A DNA stretch of 64,000 bases from Candidatus Tayloriibacteriota bacterium (GTDB lineage Bacteria; Patescibacteriota; Minisyncoccia; Phycocordibacterales; UBA6065). This document shows, piece by piece, positions 37,727 to 45,564 of this stretch. The stretch lies in contig JACRJQ010000006.1 of NCBI GenBank assembly GCA_016215405.1, positions 481-64,480 on the forward strand, given 5' to 3'. Position 1 is the first letter of the stretch. Every line of letters starts with the position of its first letter. The notes under the pieces are model-generated. The model saw only the letters and a list, made by a program, of their open reading frames with translations. It ran no database searches and was not told where the DNA came from. Made by a program: the position numbers and the translations under genes.

Positions 37727-37764
37727 GGGCCGGATGTCGCGCAAGCGACATCCGGCCCTTTTTC
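37727..37764 (+). terminator. Rho-independent terminator
   Basis: gggccggatgtcgc-gcaa-gcgacatccggccc-ttttt. Confidence 0.8.
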
Positions 37765-37829
37765 ATTCCTGTTGACGCGATCCGAGATCCAGGGTAAAAA
37801 TCAACCTGAACTCCAACCTCCTTACCGCT

Positions 37830-38159
37830 ATGCCCGATACTCCTGCCTCCCCATCGCCCTCGCTCCTCGATTCCTTGTGGAATCTCGTCAAATTTTTCGT
37901 GTTCCCCATCCTCGCCTTCATCTGGGCGAAACGATGCAAGGAATACGGATCGACGAGAGCTCCGACCTTCGTCGCCATCGGCGTCTTGGGATCGGTCTCC
38001 ATCGCCGCCTTGGCCTATCTCCCCGTGCACGCCCTCCGCTATGAAAGCGACGCGGCGGTCTACGGAGAGATCGCCGCCTTGGCGACGTATCTCTTCCTCC
38101 TCGTCCGATGCGTCCTCAACATCTCGGACGTCATGAGCAAAGAGAAAGCCCGCGCTTGA
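37830..38159 (+). CDS. Hypothetical small membrane protein
   Basis: A 109-aa protein with 2-3 TM helices. Confidence 0.45.
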   Translation: MPDTPASPSPSLLDSLWNLVKFFVFPILAFIWAKRCKEYGSTRAPTFVAIGVLGSVSIAALAYLPVHALRYESDAAVYGEIAALATYLFLLVRCVLNISDVMSKEKARA

Positions 38160-38183
38160 TCGCAGGCTTGCCCTTCCCTTTCC

Positions 38184-38212
38184 GCCGCGCCTCTCTCGGG
38201 CGCGGCTTTTTT
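38184..38212 (+). terminator. Rho-independent terminator; its T-run overlaps the rseP stop codon
   Basis: gccgcgcc-tctctcg-ggcgcggc-tttttt. Confidence 0.7.
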
Positions 38213-39308
38213 ATACGAGCTTTACGATGTCTTTGTAGGTCACGAAGAGCATGAAGAGGATGAGTATGCAGAAGCCGATCGCGTTCATCGTGTTCGCGAC
38301 CTTAGGAGAGATCGCCTTGCGGCGCACCGCTTCGATCGCGACGAAGAGTATCCTGCCGCCGTCGAGCGCCGGGAACGGCACCAGATTCAAGACGGCGAGG
38401 TTTAGCGATATGAACGCGGTAAAGGAAAGGAGGTATACGAAGCCGAGCTCTCCGGCGTCGCCAACGAGCCTCGCTATGCCCACGGGGCCCGAGACTTGAG
38501 AGAGGTCGCCGTTGCCCATGACAGCGTCCGCGATGAGCGTGTATATGCCCCCGACTATCCCGAGGAACATCCTGCCGGTGAGCTTGGCACCCTCCCAGAG
38601 CGCCTCGTGCGCAGGAAGCTTTACCGACCCTACGAGGTCCATCGATATGCCGATCGCGTATTTGTCGCCGAGGACGCCCTGCTCCGGCACGACTTCGACG
38701 TATGCGGTCTCGGTGAGGCGATCGACCTCGAACGCGACAGGCTCGCCCGACGAGCCGGCTATCGCCTCTTGGATGGATTCGACGGAAGACGCCGTGGTCG
38801 TCGCGCCCGAAGCGGCCTTAAACGACCGTATCTGATCGCCTTGCGCGATCCCCGCCTTCTCGGCAGGAGACCCTGGCAGGGCGTCGAGGACTATGACCCG
38901 GCTATCCTTTATATAGGAGGCGTTCGATTCGGACACCGACGTGGTCATGCCCGACATATACGCGATCGAGAACAAAAGCCAAGCGAACACGACGTTCATA
39001 GCGACGCCCGAAGCGAGGATGACGACCTGTATCCAGCGAGGCTTGTTAACGAAGCTTCGCGAGCTGTCGTGTCCCTTTATCGAGTCGTCGTCGGGGGTCT
39101 CTCCGAATATCTTTACGAATCCGCCGAACGGTATCCAGTTGAGCGAATATACCGTCTCGCCGATTTTCTTTCCCCACGCGCGCGGAGGAAAGCCGAGCCC
39201 GAACTCGTCGACGCGGACGCCGGACCTCTTCGCGGCATAAAAATGGCCGAACTCGTGAACGAGCACGAGCACCGCCAATACGGCCAGGAATAGTATGACT
39301 GTTATCAA
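38211..39308 (-). CDS. rseP: RIP zinc metalloprotease RseP (site-2 protease, M50)
   Basis: HEFGHF zinc motif, a PDZ-like middle region and NLVPFPALDGGRI. Confidence 0.85.
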   Translation of the reverse strand: MITVILFLAVLAVLVLVHEFGHFYAAKRSGVRVDEFGLGFPPRAWGKKIGETVYSLNWIPFGGFVKIFGETPDDDSIKGHDSSRSFVNKPRWIQVVILASGVAMNVVFAWLLFSIAYMSGMTTSVSESNASYIKDSRVIVLDALPGSPAEKAGIAQGDQIRSFKAASGATTTASSVESIQEAIAGSSGEPVAFEVDRLTETAYVEVVPEQGVLGDKYAIGISMDLVGSVKLPAHEALWEGAKLTGRMFLGIVGGIYTLIADAVMGNGDLSQVSGPVGIARLVGDAGELGFVYLLSFTAFISLNLAVLNLVPFPALDGGRILFVAIEAVRRKAISPKVANTMNAIGFCILILFMLFVTYKDIVKLV

Positions 39309-39318
39309 GTTATGATCG

Positions 39319-39870
39319 TTAGCTCAATATCTCTTTCTCCTTTTTGTCCATCGCGTCGGAAAGCCTCTTTACGCAGTCGTCGACGAGCTTCTGAGCGTCG
39401 GCCTTGAATCGGAACTTCTCATCCTCTCCCATGCCGCCCTCTTTTTCCTTGGCGTCGATGTCGGAATTGACCGCATCTCGATGCTTTCGGACCTGTATCT
39501 TCGCCTGCTCGAGCTTCTCCTTGGCCATCTTGACGATCTCCTTTCGGCGCTCGGAGGTGAGCTCAGGGAACGAAACCCTGACGCCCTTGTCGTCCACGGC
39601 GACCGAGACGCCGAGATTCGCTACGGTTATCGATTTCTCGATCGATTTCACGAGGGCCTGGTCCCATGGCGTGATGCGGATGGTGCGCGGATCCTCGTTG
39701 GTCATCGAGGCGACGCCCGAGATCGGCATGTCAGAGCCGTACGCCTCTACGCGGACGCTGTCGAGGATCGAAGGGTTCGCCCTATTGGTTCTTATCGCGC
39801 CAAGCTCCTTTTGGAGCCAGCTTTCCGTCGCGGAGAGGTCGGTCTTAAGCTTGGTGAAATTGTATTGCAT
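39319..39870 (-). CDS. frr: Ribosome recycling factor
   Basis: MQYNF...IRTNRANPSILDSVRVEAYGSDMPISGVASMTNEDPRTIRITPWD...ERRKEIVK. The start is chosen at 39870; a -10-like TATATT lies 8 nt upstream, so the mRNA may be near-leaderless. Confidence 0.85.
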   Translation of the reverse strand: MQYNFTKLKTDLSATESWLQKELGAIRTNRANPSILDSVRVEAYGSDMPISGVASMTNEDPRTIRITPWDQALVKSIEKSITVANLGVSVAVDDKGVRVSFPELTSERRKEIVKMAKEKLEQAKIQVRKHRDAVNSDIDAKEKEGGMGEDEKFRFKADAQKLVDDCVKRLSDAMDKKEKEILS

Positions 39871-40065
39871 ATGCCGATAATATAGCACAAACAGGCACAG
39901 GCTTCGAAACAAAACCCTCGCTTGCGCCACGCCACCCCGTGTTCATCTTTAGTCCTTTCCTTTGTCGGGAACGGGTATTCGCGATGGACGCGGATCCCTT
40001 CAACTCCCGCCGTCGCGGTCCGTTAATGCCGCCAAAGGAATAGACGGAGGGTTAGGAGAAGAAAG

Positions 40066-40098
40066 AGAAGAGCCCCGGTTCGCTTCGCGAACCGGGGC
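40066..40098. terminator. GC-rich hairpin between holB and frr
   Basis: agccccggttcgc-ttcg-gcgaaccggggct, flanked by T/C-rich runs. Confidence 0.4.
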
Positions 40099-40245
40099 TT
40101 TCTTCTTCCTCTTCAATACCCCGCCGAATCCGCATCTTCGAGGGCGCCTGCGACTTCGAGCGAAGAAAATGCGGACCGGCTAAAAGAAAAAGACTTGATC
40201 CTGGGTTCTGCTCGGAGACTCGCAGCCCGGGATGGGAGAAGAGAT

Positions 40246-40887
40246 TTAAAACGGAAGCAAGGCAACCCTCTCCAATATGAGCTTTATCGACGGCGAACGG
40301 TCCTTGAGGTACCTCGCGAGAATGAGGATCTCCTTCGTCGCCTCGATCTTCCCCTCCCTGTGAAGCTCGCCTATGACCGCCTGGAGGAAATCTTCGGCCT
40401 TCGCCTTGTCCTTCTCCTCTATGAGAGGCGCCACGAATTCGAGCCGTGCCTTAGGAGACATGGGGATGAATTTCCTCGCTTCCGCCCTCAGGTCGGTCTT
40501 TCCAGCGGATCTGTGCGAGACGACCACCATGCGCGAGCGGAGGGTCGGCAAGAGTATCCGCTCCGAAGACGAGATGATGAAGAAATGAGTGCCCGACGTG
40601 GGCTCCTCGAAGACCTTCAGAAGCGAGTTCTGCGCCTCCGAGGTCATCGCCGCTACGGAGAGGATGAAGATCTTCTTGTCTCCGGCGACAGGCCGCATGA
40701 GCTGCATGTCTTGAAGCGCTCTGCTCTCGTCGATCCCGAGCGAGTCGTGCTCTGCGTAATGCACGTCGGGATTTCCCTGCCTCTCGATGCCGAAGGCGTC
40801 CATGAGGAACGCCTCGAGCTCGGCGAGGACCGACTGCTTGTCTCCCTCTATGAAATAGGCGTGATGGAGGCTCTCCTTCTTGAACAT
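40246..40887 (-). CDS. holB: DNA polymerase III delta-prime subunit-like protein
   Basis: AYFIEGDKQSVL..., NPDVHYAE, KIFIL...TSEAQNSLLKVFEEP, THFFIISS and LLPTLRSR: a degenerate AAA+ clamp-loader pattern. Confidence 0.65.
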   Translation of the reverse strand: MFKKESLHHAYFIEGDKQSVLAELEAFLMDAFGIERQGNPDVHYAEHDSLGIDESRALQDMQLMRPVAGDKKIFILSVAAMTSEAQNSLLKVFEEPTSGTHFFIISSSERILLPTLRSRMVVVSHRSAGKTDLRAEARKFIPMSPKARLEFVAPLIEEKDKAKAEDFLQAVIGELHREGKIEATKEILILARYLKDRSPSIKLILERVALLPF

Positions 40888-41129
40888 ATAGAAAGCATAT
40901 CACAGGGCCGGCGGGCGGACGGTCGGCCGGTATAGTTGCGACAAATCGAAACTGGCAATAGAATGTCTGCTACGCCCTATGCAGATATATCCCGCATTGC
41001 CCGACCTATCCGAATTCTTCGACGGCACCCACTTCAGGGTCCGCGACTACTACGACGCCCTCATGGGGTCGTCGACGTAGAGAACGTTTCGATACGGCGA
41101 GGGGAGCTCTTCGGAGCTCCCCTTTTTTT

Positions 41130-42143
41130 CTATCTCTTCGCGATGATCGTCCTCTTGTAGACGTCGAGATGCTCGAGCGCGATACCTGTGCCCTTCGCCA
41201 CGCAATAGAGCGGGTCTTCGGCGAGGATCGCCTTTACTCCCGTGCGGCGAAAGACGAGCTCGGGGAGGTTTCTGAGCATAGACGAGCCGCCCGTCATGAT
41301 GATGCCGTGATCTATGATGTCGGCGGCCAATTCCGGCGGCGTCTCCTGGAGCACGTCCTTTATCGCCTTTATCATGTCGCGAAGCTCCCGGCCTATCGCC
41401 TTTACGATCTCGTTCGTCTTTATCTCGGTCGAGCGCGGGAGGCCCGAAATGAAGTCGCGGCCCTTGATGATCATGGAAAGCTCCTCTTCGAGGGGTACGG
41501 CCGAGCCGATATGTATCTTTATATCTTCCGCGGTCTTGTCGCCTATCGCTAGGTTGAAGGTCTTCTTTATATAATCCGCTATCGCGGCGTCGATTCGGTT
41601 CCCTGCGCATTTGACCGAAGTCGAGGCGACTATGCCGCCGAGGGATATCACGGCGACGTCCGTCGTACCGCCGCCGATATCGACGACCATGTGGCCTCGA
41701 GCTTCATGGATGGGAATGCCCGCGCCGATAGCGGCGAGGATCGGCTCCTTGACCACGTAGGCGCTCTTGGCGCCCGCCTTTATCGCCGCCTCTACGACCG
41801 CGCGACGCTCGGTCGAGGTGATGCCCGCAGGCACAGAGACGAGAACCTCGGGCTTCCAGATGTTCCATTTACCCAGAGCCTTGTCGATGAAGTAGCGGAG
41901 CATCGCTTCCGTGACGCGATAGTCCGCGATGACGCCGTCCTTCATAGGCCTGTAGGCGATGATGGATTCGGGCGTGCGTCCGATCATAGATTTCGCCTCG
42001 ACGCCTACGGCGAGTATCTTGTTGTCCTGCTCCGAGACGGCAACGACCGAAGGCTCATTGAGGACGATGCCCTTCTTCGGCACGAACACGAGCGTGTTCG
42101 CGGTACCGAGGTCGATGCCGAGCTTCTTTGCGAATAGAGCCAT
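41130..42143 (-). CDS. mreB: Second MreB-like actin homolog (Mbl-type paralog)
   Basis: MALFAKKLGIDLGTANTLVFV, VVDIGGGTTDVAV and IIMTGGSSMLRNL. The start is chosen at 42143; the ORF-track 5' extension to 42410 is not MreB-like. Confidence 0.8.
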   Translation of the reverse strand: MALFAKKLGIDLGTANTLVFVPKKGIVLNEPSVVAVSEQDNKILAVGVEAKSMIGRTPESIIAYRPMKDGVIADYRVTEAMLRYFIDKALGKWNIWKPEVLVSVPAGITSTERRAVVEAAIKAGAKSAYVVKEPILAAIGAGIPIHEARGHMVVDIGGGTTDVAVISLGGIVASTSVKCAGNRIDAAIADYIKKTFNLAIGDKTAEDIKIHIGSAVPLEEELSMIIKGRDFISGLPRSTEIKTNEIVKAIGRELRDMIKAIKDVLQETPPELAADIIDHGIIMTGGSSMLRNLPELVFRRTGVKAILAEDPLYCVAKGTGIALEHLDVYKRTIIAKR

Positions 42144-42153
42144 ATGTGGCACT

Positions 42154-42181
42154 ACTATACGCTTTTTATCGGCGCTTGCAA
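42154..42181 (-). promoter_or_regulatory. Putative promoter of the second mreB
   Basis: The minus strand reads TTGCAA, a 16-nt spacer, then TATAGT, ending about 10 nt before the ATG. Confidence 0.35.
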
Positions 42182-42248
42182 AGAACGGAAAAAGGCATTG
42201 ACTCCGCCCTCCTTCCGGAATATAACTACCGAAGAACCCTACCGACCC

Positions 42249-42623
42249 ATGTATCCAGCAACTTCTATACTCGACCTCAAGTCGTTCACGAACGACGACG
42301 TCAACGCCGCTCGGGCGCGGCTCCAGTCGAACCCCGAATCCTTCCGGAGGGATTACCGCAAGGTGATGACGGAGATACCCAACCTGCATCGCCTCCTGCG
42401 CAGATTCCAATCCTATTTCCCCGGGGACGAATCCGCGTCGATGTTCGCCTGGTTCCGGATCTGGGCGGCGCTCAAATCCGACGAGGACATCGGCATCGAC
42501 GTCACGCTCTCCCTCCTACGGATGACGCGCAACCTCGACGAGTCGGGCGTCCCCTTCTCGCCTCAAAGCGAGAGAAAGCCTCTCGAGCATTTCTTCGAAA
42601 CGCTCTACAAGCTCATAGCCTAG
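42249..42623 (+). CDS. Hypothetical protein
   Basis: A 124-aa protein from MYPATSILDLKSF; the ORF-track start at 42144 would overlap the mreB start region. Confidence 0.4.
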   Translation: MYPATSILDLKSFTNDDVNAARARLQSNPESFRRDYRKVMTEIPNLHRLLRRFQSYFPGDESASMFAWFRIWAALKSDEDIGIDVTLSLLRMTRNLDESGVPFSPQSERKPLEHFFETLYKLIA

Positions 42624-42636
42624 ACCGCTGCGACGA

Positions 42637-42663
42637 GCCGCTGGACCACCCAGCGGCTTTCGA
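42637..42663 (+). terminator. Hairpin terminator after 42249..42623
   Basis: gccgctg-gaccacc-cagcggc-tttcgatt. Confidence 0.45.
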
Positions 42664-42669
42664 TTGGTG

Positions 42670-42699
42670 TTGAAATAAATATAGCATATATGCTATATT
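42670..42699 (+). promoter_or_regulatory. Putative promoter overlapped by a perfect 22-nt palindrome (candidate operator) upstream of the XRE-MurA gene
   Basis: TTGAAA, an 18-nt spacer, then TATATT. AATATAGCATATATGCTATATT at 42678..42699 is its own reverse complement. Confidence 0.5.
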
Positions 42700-42729
42700 A
42701 TCTGTACTTATCTTTTTACGAAACGAACC

Positions 42730-44286
42730 ATGCCCAAAGCCGCGATATCGAAGGCCAAAGAGACGAGACCCCCTGCCCTAGCCTCTATAGGCGCGATGAT
42801 CGCCCGCCTGCGCGAAGACAGGCGCATGACCCAAGCCGAGCTCGGAGAGAAGGTCGGCACGACCCAGTCCGTCATCGCCCGAATAGAGAAGGGCGAGCAG
42901 AACCTCTCTACCGAGACCCTCGCCAAGCTCTCGGCCGCGCTGGGCCAGGAGATCGTGCAGATATCGCGCGGCGGGACGGTGAACTTCCGCATCCACGGCG
43001 GCCGAAAGCTCTCGGGCACGATACAGGTGAGGACCTCAAAGAACGGCGCCGTGGGGGTCATGTGCGCCTCCCTCCTTAATCGCGGGACGACGGTCATAAA
43101 GAACGCGCCGAAAATCGAAGAGGTGAGCAGGATAAGCGAAGTGCTCGAATCCATAGGCGCTAAGATCGAATGGATAGGCGCCGATCTCCGCATAACGCCG
43201 CCGGAGAGGCTCGACATGAAGTCGATCGCCTATGATTCCGCCGCAAAGACCCGAAGCGTCGTCATGATGGCAGGCTCCCTCGTCCACCGCCTCGAGAGAT
43301 TCGACCTGCCCCAGGCCTCGGGGTGCACGCTCGGCTCGCGTACGATAAAGCCTTACGTCTACGCGCTCGAGACCTTGGGCATATCTATCGAGACCTCGTC
43401 GAGGTACTACCACGTATCGCACAAGGGGCTCAAGAAGGGCCGCGAGATCGTGATGTACGAGGCCGGCGACACGGTGACCGAGGCTGTTCTCATGGCTGCC
43501 GCCCTCATCCCCGGAAAGACCGTCATAAAGTTCGCCTCCGCGAACTACCAAGTCCAGGACGTCGCGTTCTATCTCGAGCTTCTCGGCGCGCAGATAGACG
43601 GCATCGGCACGTCGACCATGACCGTGCACGGCCTCGACCGCTCCGTCAAGAAAGATGTCGAATACTACCTCTCGGAAGACCCGATCGAAGCGATGTCCCT
43701 CATTGCCGCCGCCATCGTCACAGGCTCGGCTATCACCGTCGAGCGCGCGCCCATAGACTTTCTCGAGCTTGAGCTCCTGAAGCTCGAAAAGATGGGGTTC
43801 AAATATAAGATAACGAAAAGATATAAGGCCGATAACGGCAAGACGAACCTCGTCGATATCGAGACGAAGCCGTCTAAGCTCAAAGCGCTCGACGAGAAGA
43901 TACACGCGCAGCCGTATCCCGGCATAAACATGGACAACCTTCCCTTCTTCGTCGTCATAGGCGCGGTAGCCGAAGGAGAGACGTTCATCCACGATTGGAG
44001 CTACGAGGAGCGGGCGATCTACTACAAGGAGCTTGCGAAGCTCCGCGCCGAGACCATCCTCGCCGATCCCCATCGCTTCTATATAAAGGGCCCGACCAGG
44101 TTCAAGGCGGCCGAGATGGTCTGTCCGCCGGCGCTGCGCCCGTCCGTGATCATCATGATCGCGATGCTCGCCGCCGAGGGCGTCTCGATCCTCAGGAACG
44201 TATACAACATAAACAGAGGATACGAGGACCTCGCGGAAAGGCTCAACGCCCTAGGCGCCAAGATAGAGGTCTTTCGAGATCTCTGA
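42730..44286 (+). CDS. murA: UDP-N-acetylglucosamine 1-carboxyvinyltransferase (MurA) with an N-terminal XRE-family helix-turn-helix fusion
   Basis: Residues about 18-75 form a Cro/C1-type HTH (IARLREDRRMTQAELGEKVGTTQSVIARIEKGEQNLSTETLAKLSAALG). From residue about 85 the sequence is MurA/EPT-like: FRIHGGRKLSGTIQVRTSKNGAVGVMCASLL, then the catalytic-Cys loop DLPQASGCTLGSR. It is one continuous 518-aa ORF with no internal Met near the junction. Confidence 0.8.
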   Translation: MPKAAISKAKETRPPALASIGAMIARLREDRRMTQAELGEKVGTTQSVIARIEKGEQNLSTETLAKLSAALGQEIVQISRGGTVNFRIHGGRKLSGTIQVRTSKNGAVGVMCASLLNRGTTVIKNAPKIEEVSRISEVLESIGAKIEWIGADLRITPPERLDMKSIAYDSAAKTRSVVMMAGSLVHRLERFDLPQASGCTLGSRTIKPYVYALETLGISIETSSRYYHVSHKGLKKGREIVMYEAGDTVTEAVLMAAALIPGKTVIKFASANYQVQDVAFYLELLGAQIDGIGTSTMTVHGLDRSVKKDVEYYLSEDPIEAMSLIAAAIVTGSAITVERAPIDFLELELLKLEKMGFKYKITKRYKADNGKTNLVDIETKPSKLKALDEKIHAQPYPGINMDNLPFFVVIGAVAEGETFIHDWSYEERAIYYKELAKLRAETILADPHRFYIKGPTRFKAAEMVCPPALRPSVIIMIAMLAAEGVSILRNVYNINRGYEDLAERLNALGAKIEVFRDL

Positions 44287-44298
44287 TAGAGGCGCGAT

Positions 44299-44333
44299 AA
44301 AGCCACGTCAGCCACAGGCTGACGTGGCTTTAT
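44299..44333 (+). terminator. Rho-independent terminator after murA
   Basis: aaagccacgtcagc-caca-ggctgacgtggcttta. Confidence 0.7.
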
Positions 44334-44361
44334 TGACCTTTCTTATGAAAAGTGCTATAAT
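44333..44361 (+). promoter_or_regulatory. Consensus-like sigma70 promoter
   Basis: TTGACC, a 17-nt spacer, then TATAAT. Confidence 0.55.
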
Positions 44362-44383
44362 CATATATGTAGCTCTTTAGAGG

Positions 44384-44443
44384 GCATATGAGCGTAAAAA
44401 GGAGCCCGTGGAAGGCCGCTGTCCCCTTTTTACACTCATATGC
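44384..44443 (+). other. Long 5' leader stem-loop (about 20 bp) that base-pairs the start codon of ORF 44440..44787
   Basis: 5' arm gcatatgagcgtaaaaaggag pairs with 3' arm cccctttttacactcatATGc. The loop is cccgtggaaggccgctgt. No SD sequence is present. Confidence 0.5.
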
Positions 44444-44787
44444 AACAACAACACCACGGTAAAGTAATATCGGTCGCCTTCGATCCCTTTCGGGATAGCG
44501 AGGTGAGCCGGGAAGCGAGGCGCGACCTCCAGACAACCATAGCCGCTATCATGCGATTCTCCGACGGAGACTGGGGAGATTCCTCGGCCTCCATGGCGAA
44601 CGACAACAGCGTCCAACGGAAGGTCGACGGCGCCCAGGTCCACGGCAAATACGGGAACATCCTCGTTTCCGCCGAGCTTACGGTCGTCCGGGGCGAGCTT
44701 CACACCTCGACCATCCTCGTGCAGACCGCGGCCGAGGCCAAAGCCCTTCCCCTGCCCGACAGATTCATGGCGACGGCGGCAGGATAG
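44440..44787 (+). CDS. Hypothetical small protein
   Basis: A 115-aa ORF (MQQQHHGKVISVAFDPF...) between the promoter-leader and a strong terminator. Confidence 0.4.
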   Translation: MQQQHHGKVISVAFDPFRDSEVSREARRDLQTTIAAIMRFSDGDWGDSSASMANDNSVQRKVDGAQVHGKYGNILVSAELTVVRGELHTSTILVQTAAEAKALPLPDRFMATAAG

Positions 44788-44808
44788 GCGCGAGCCTTCT
44801 CTCGTTTC

Positions 44809-44847
44809 AAAGCCGGGCCCTTGCGAAAGCGGGACCCGGCTTTTTTT
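44809..44847 (+). terminator. Rho-independent terminator
   Basis: aaagccgggccc-ttgcgaaagc-gggacccggc-ttttttt. Confidence 0.65.
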
Positions 44848-44937
44848 CGTCGATATCCGAAACAATCCTTCGCCCGCGCTTCGTAATGTGGATGAAGGTC
44901 GGAACATCCGCCCTATTAATACATATGTCTCAAAACC

Positions 44938-45471
44938 ATGGCGATACTCAAACCGAAGATACAGACATTCGAGGACCTCTTTCTCATGAAGATGCAGGTC
45001 ATTTACGATGTCGAGTCGGAGATACTCAAAGCGCTCCCTAAGATGATAAAGAAGGCGACCGACCCTGATCTGGAGAAGGCTCTCTCAGGGCATCTCGCGG
45101 AGACGGAGATCCAGAAAGAGAGAGTCGAGCAGATTTTCGACATGGTCGGAGCGAAGCCGAAGAAGATGGCATGCGCCGCCATACGAGGGCTCGTAGCGGA
45201 TGCGGAGGATGTGATCGCCATGAAGCCTCCTTCCGAGCTCCTCGATGCCGCTCTCATAGGAGCCGCGCGGTCGGTAGAGCATTTCGAGATGTCTAAATAT
45301 ATGGCGGCCATATCCTGGGCCGAAGCCTTGGGTCACGCGGACGCGGCAAAGCTCCTCGAGACGACGCTCGAAGAGGAGCGAAGCGCGGACCTAAAGCTCG
45401 TCGAGGCTGCCGAGACCGTCAACGAGCGCGCCCTCGAAACCGTCATCGGAGATGAGGACGAGGACGAATAG
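44938..45471 (+). CDS. Ferritin-like YciE/YciF (DUF892) stress protein
   Basis: ALPKMIKKATDPDLEKALSGHLAETEIQKERVEQIF and EHFEMSKYMAAISWAEALGHADAAKLLETTLEEE. Confidence 0.7.
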   Translation: MAILKPKIQTFEDLFLMKMQVIYDVESEILKALPKMIKKATDPDLEKALSGHLAETEIQKERVEQIFDMVGAKPKKMACAAIRGLVADAEDVIAMKPPSELLDAALIGAARSVEHFEMSKYMAAISWAEALGHADAAKLLETTLEEERSADLKLVEAAETVNERALETVIGDEDEDE

Positions 45472-45488
45472 AACGTAGCAGGACCATA

Positions 45489-45526
45489 CAGCAGCCGGGA
45501 TACTCCGTATCCCGGCTGCTTTGCTT
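45489..45526 (+). terminator. Rho-independent terminator
   Basis: cagcagccgggata-ctccg-tatcccggctgct-ttgcttt. Confidence 0.55.
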
Positions 45527-45564
45527 TCCCACCCTTCCCTTCCGTTTTCTGCTATATTTTAAGG

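Noticed and set aside
43036-44073. 345-aa minus-strand ORF
   Set aside because: It is antisense to the XRE-MurA gene, and its translation is Arg/Gly/Asp-rich low complexity.
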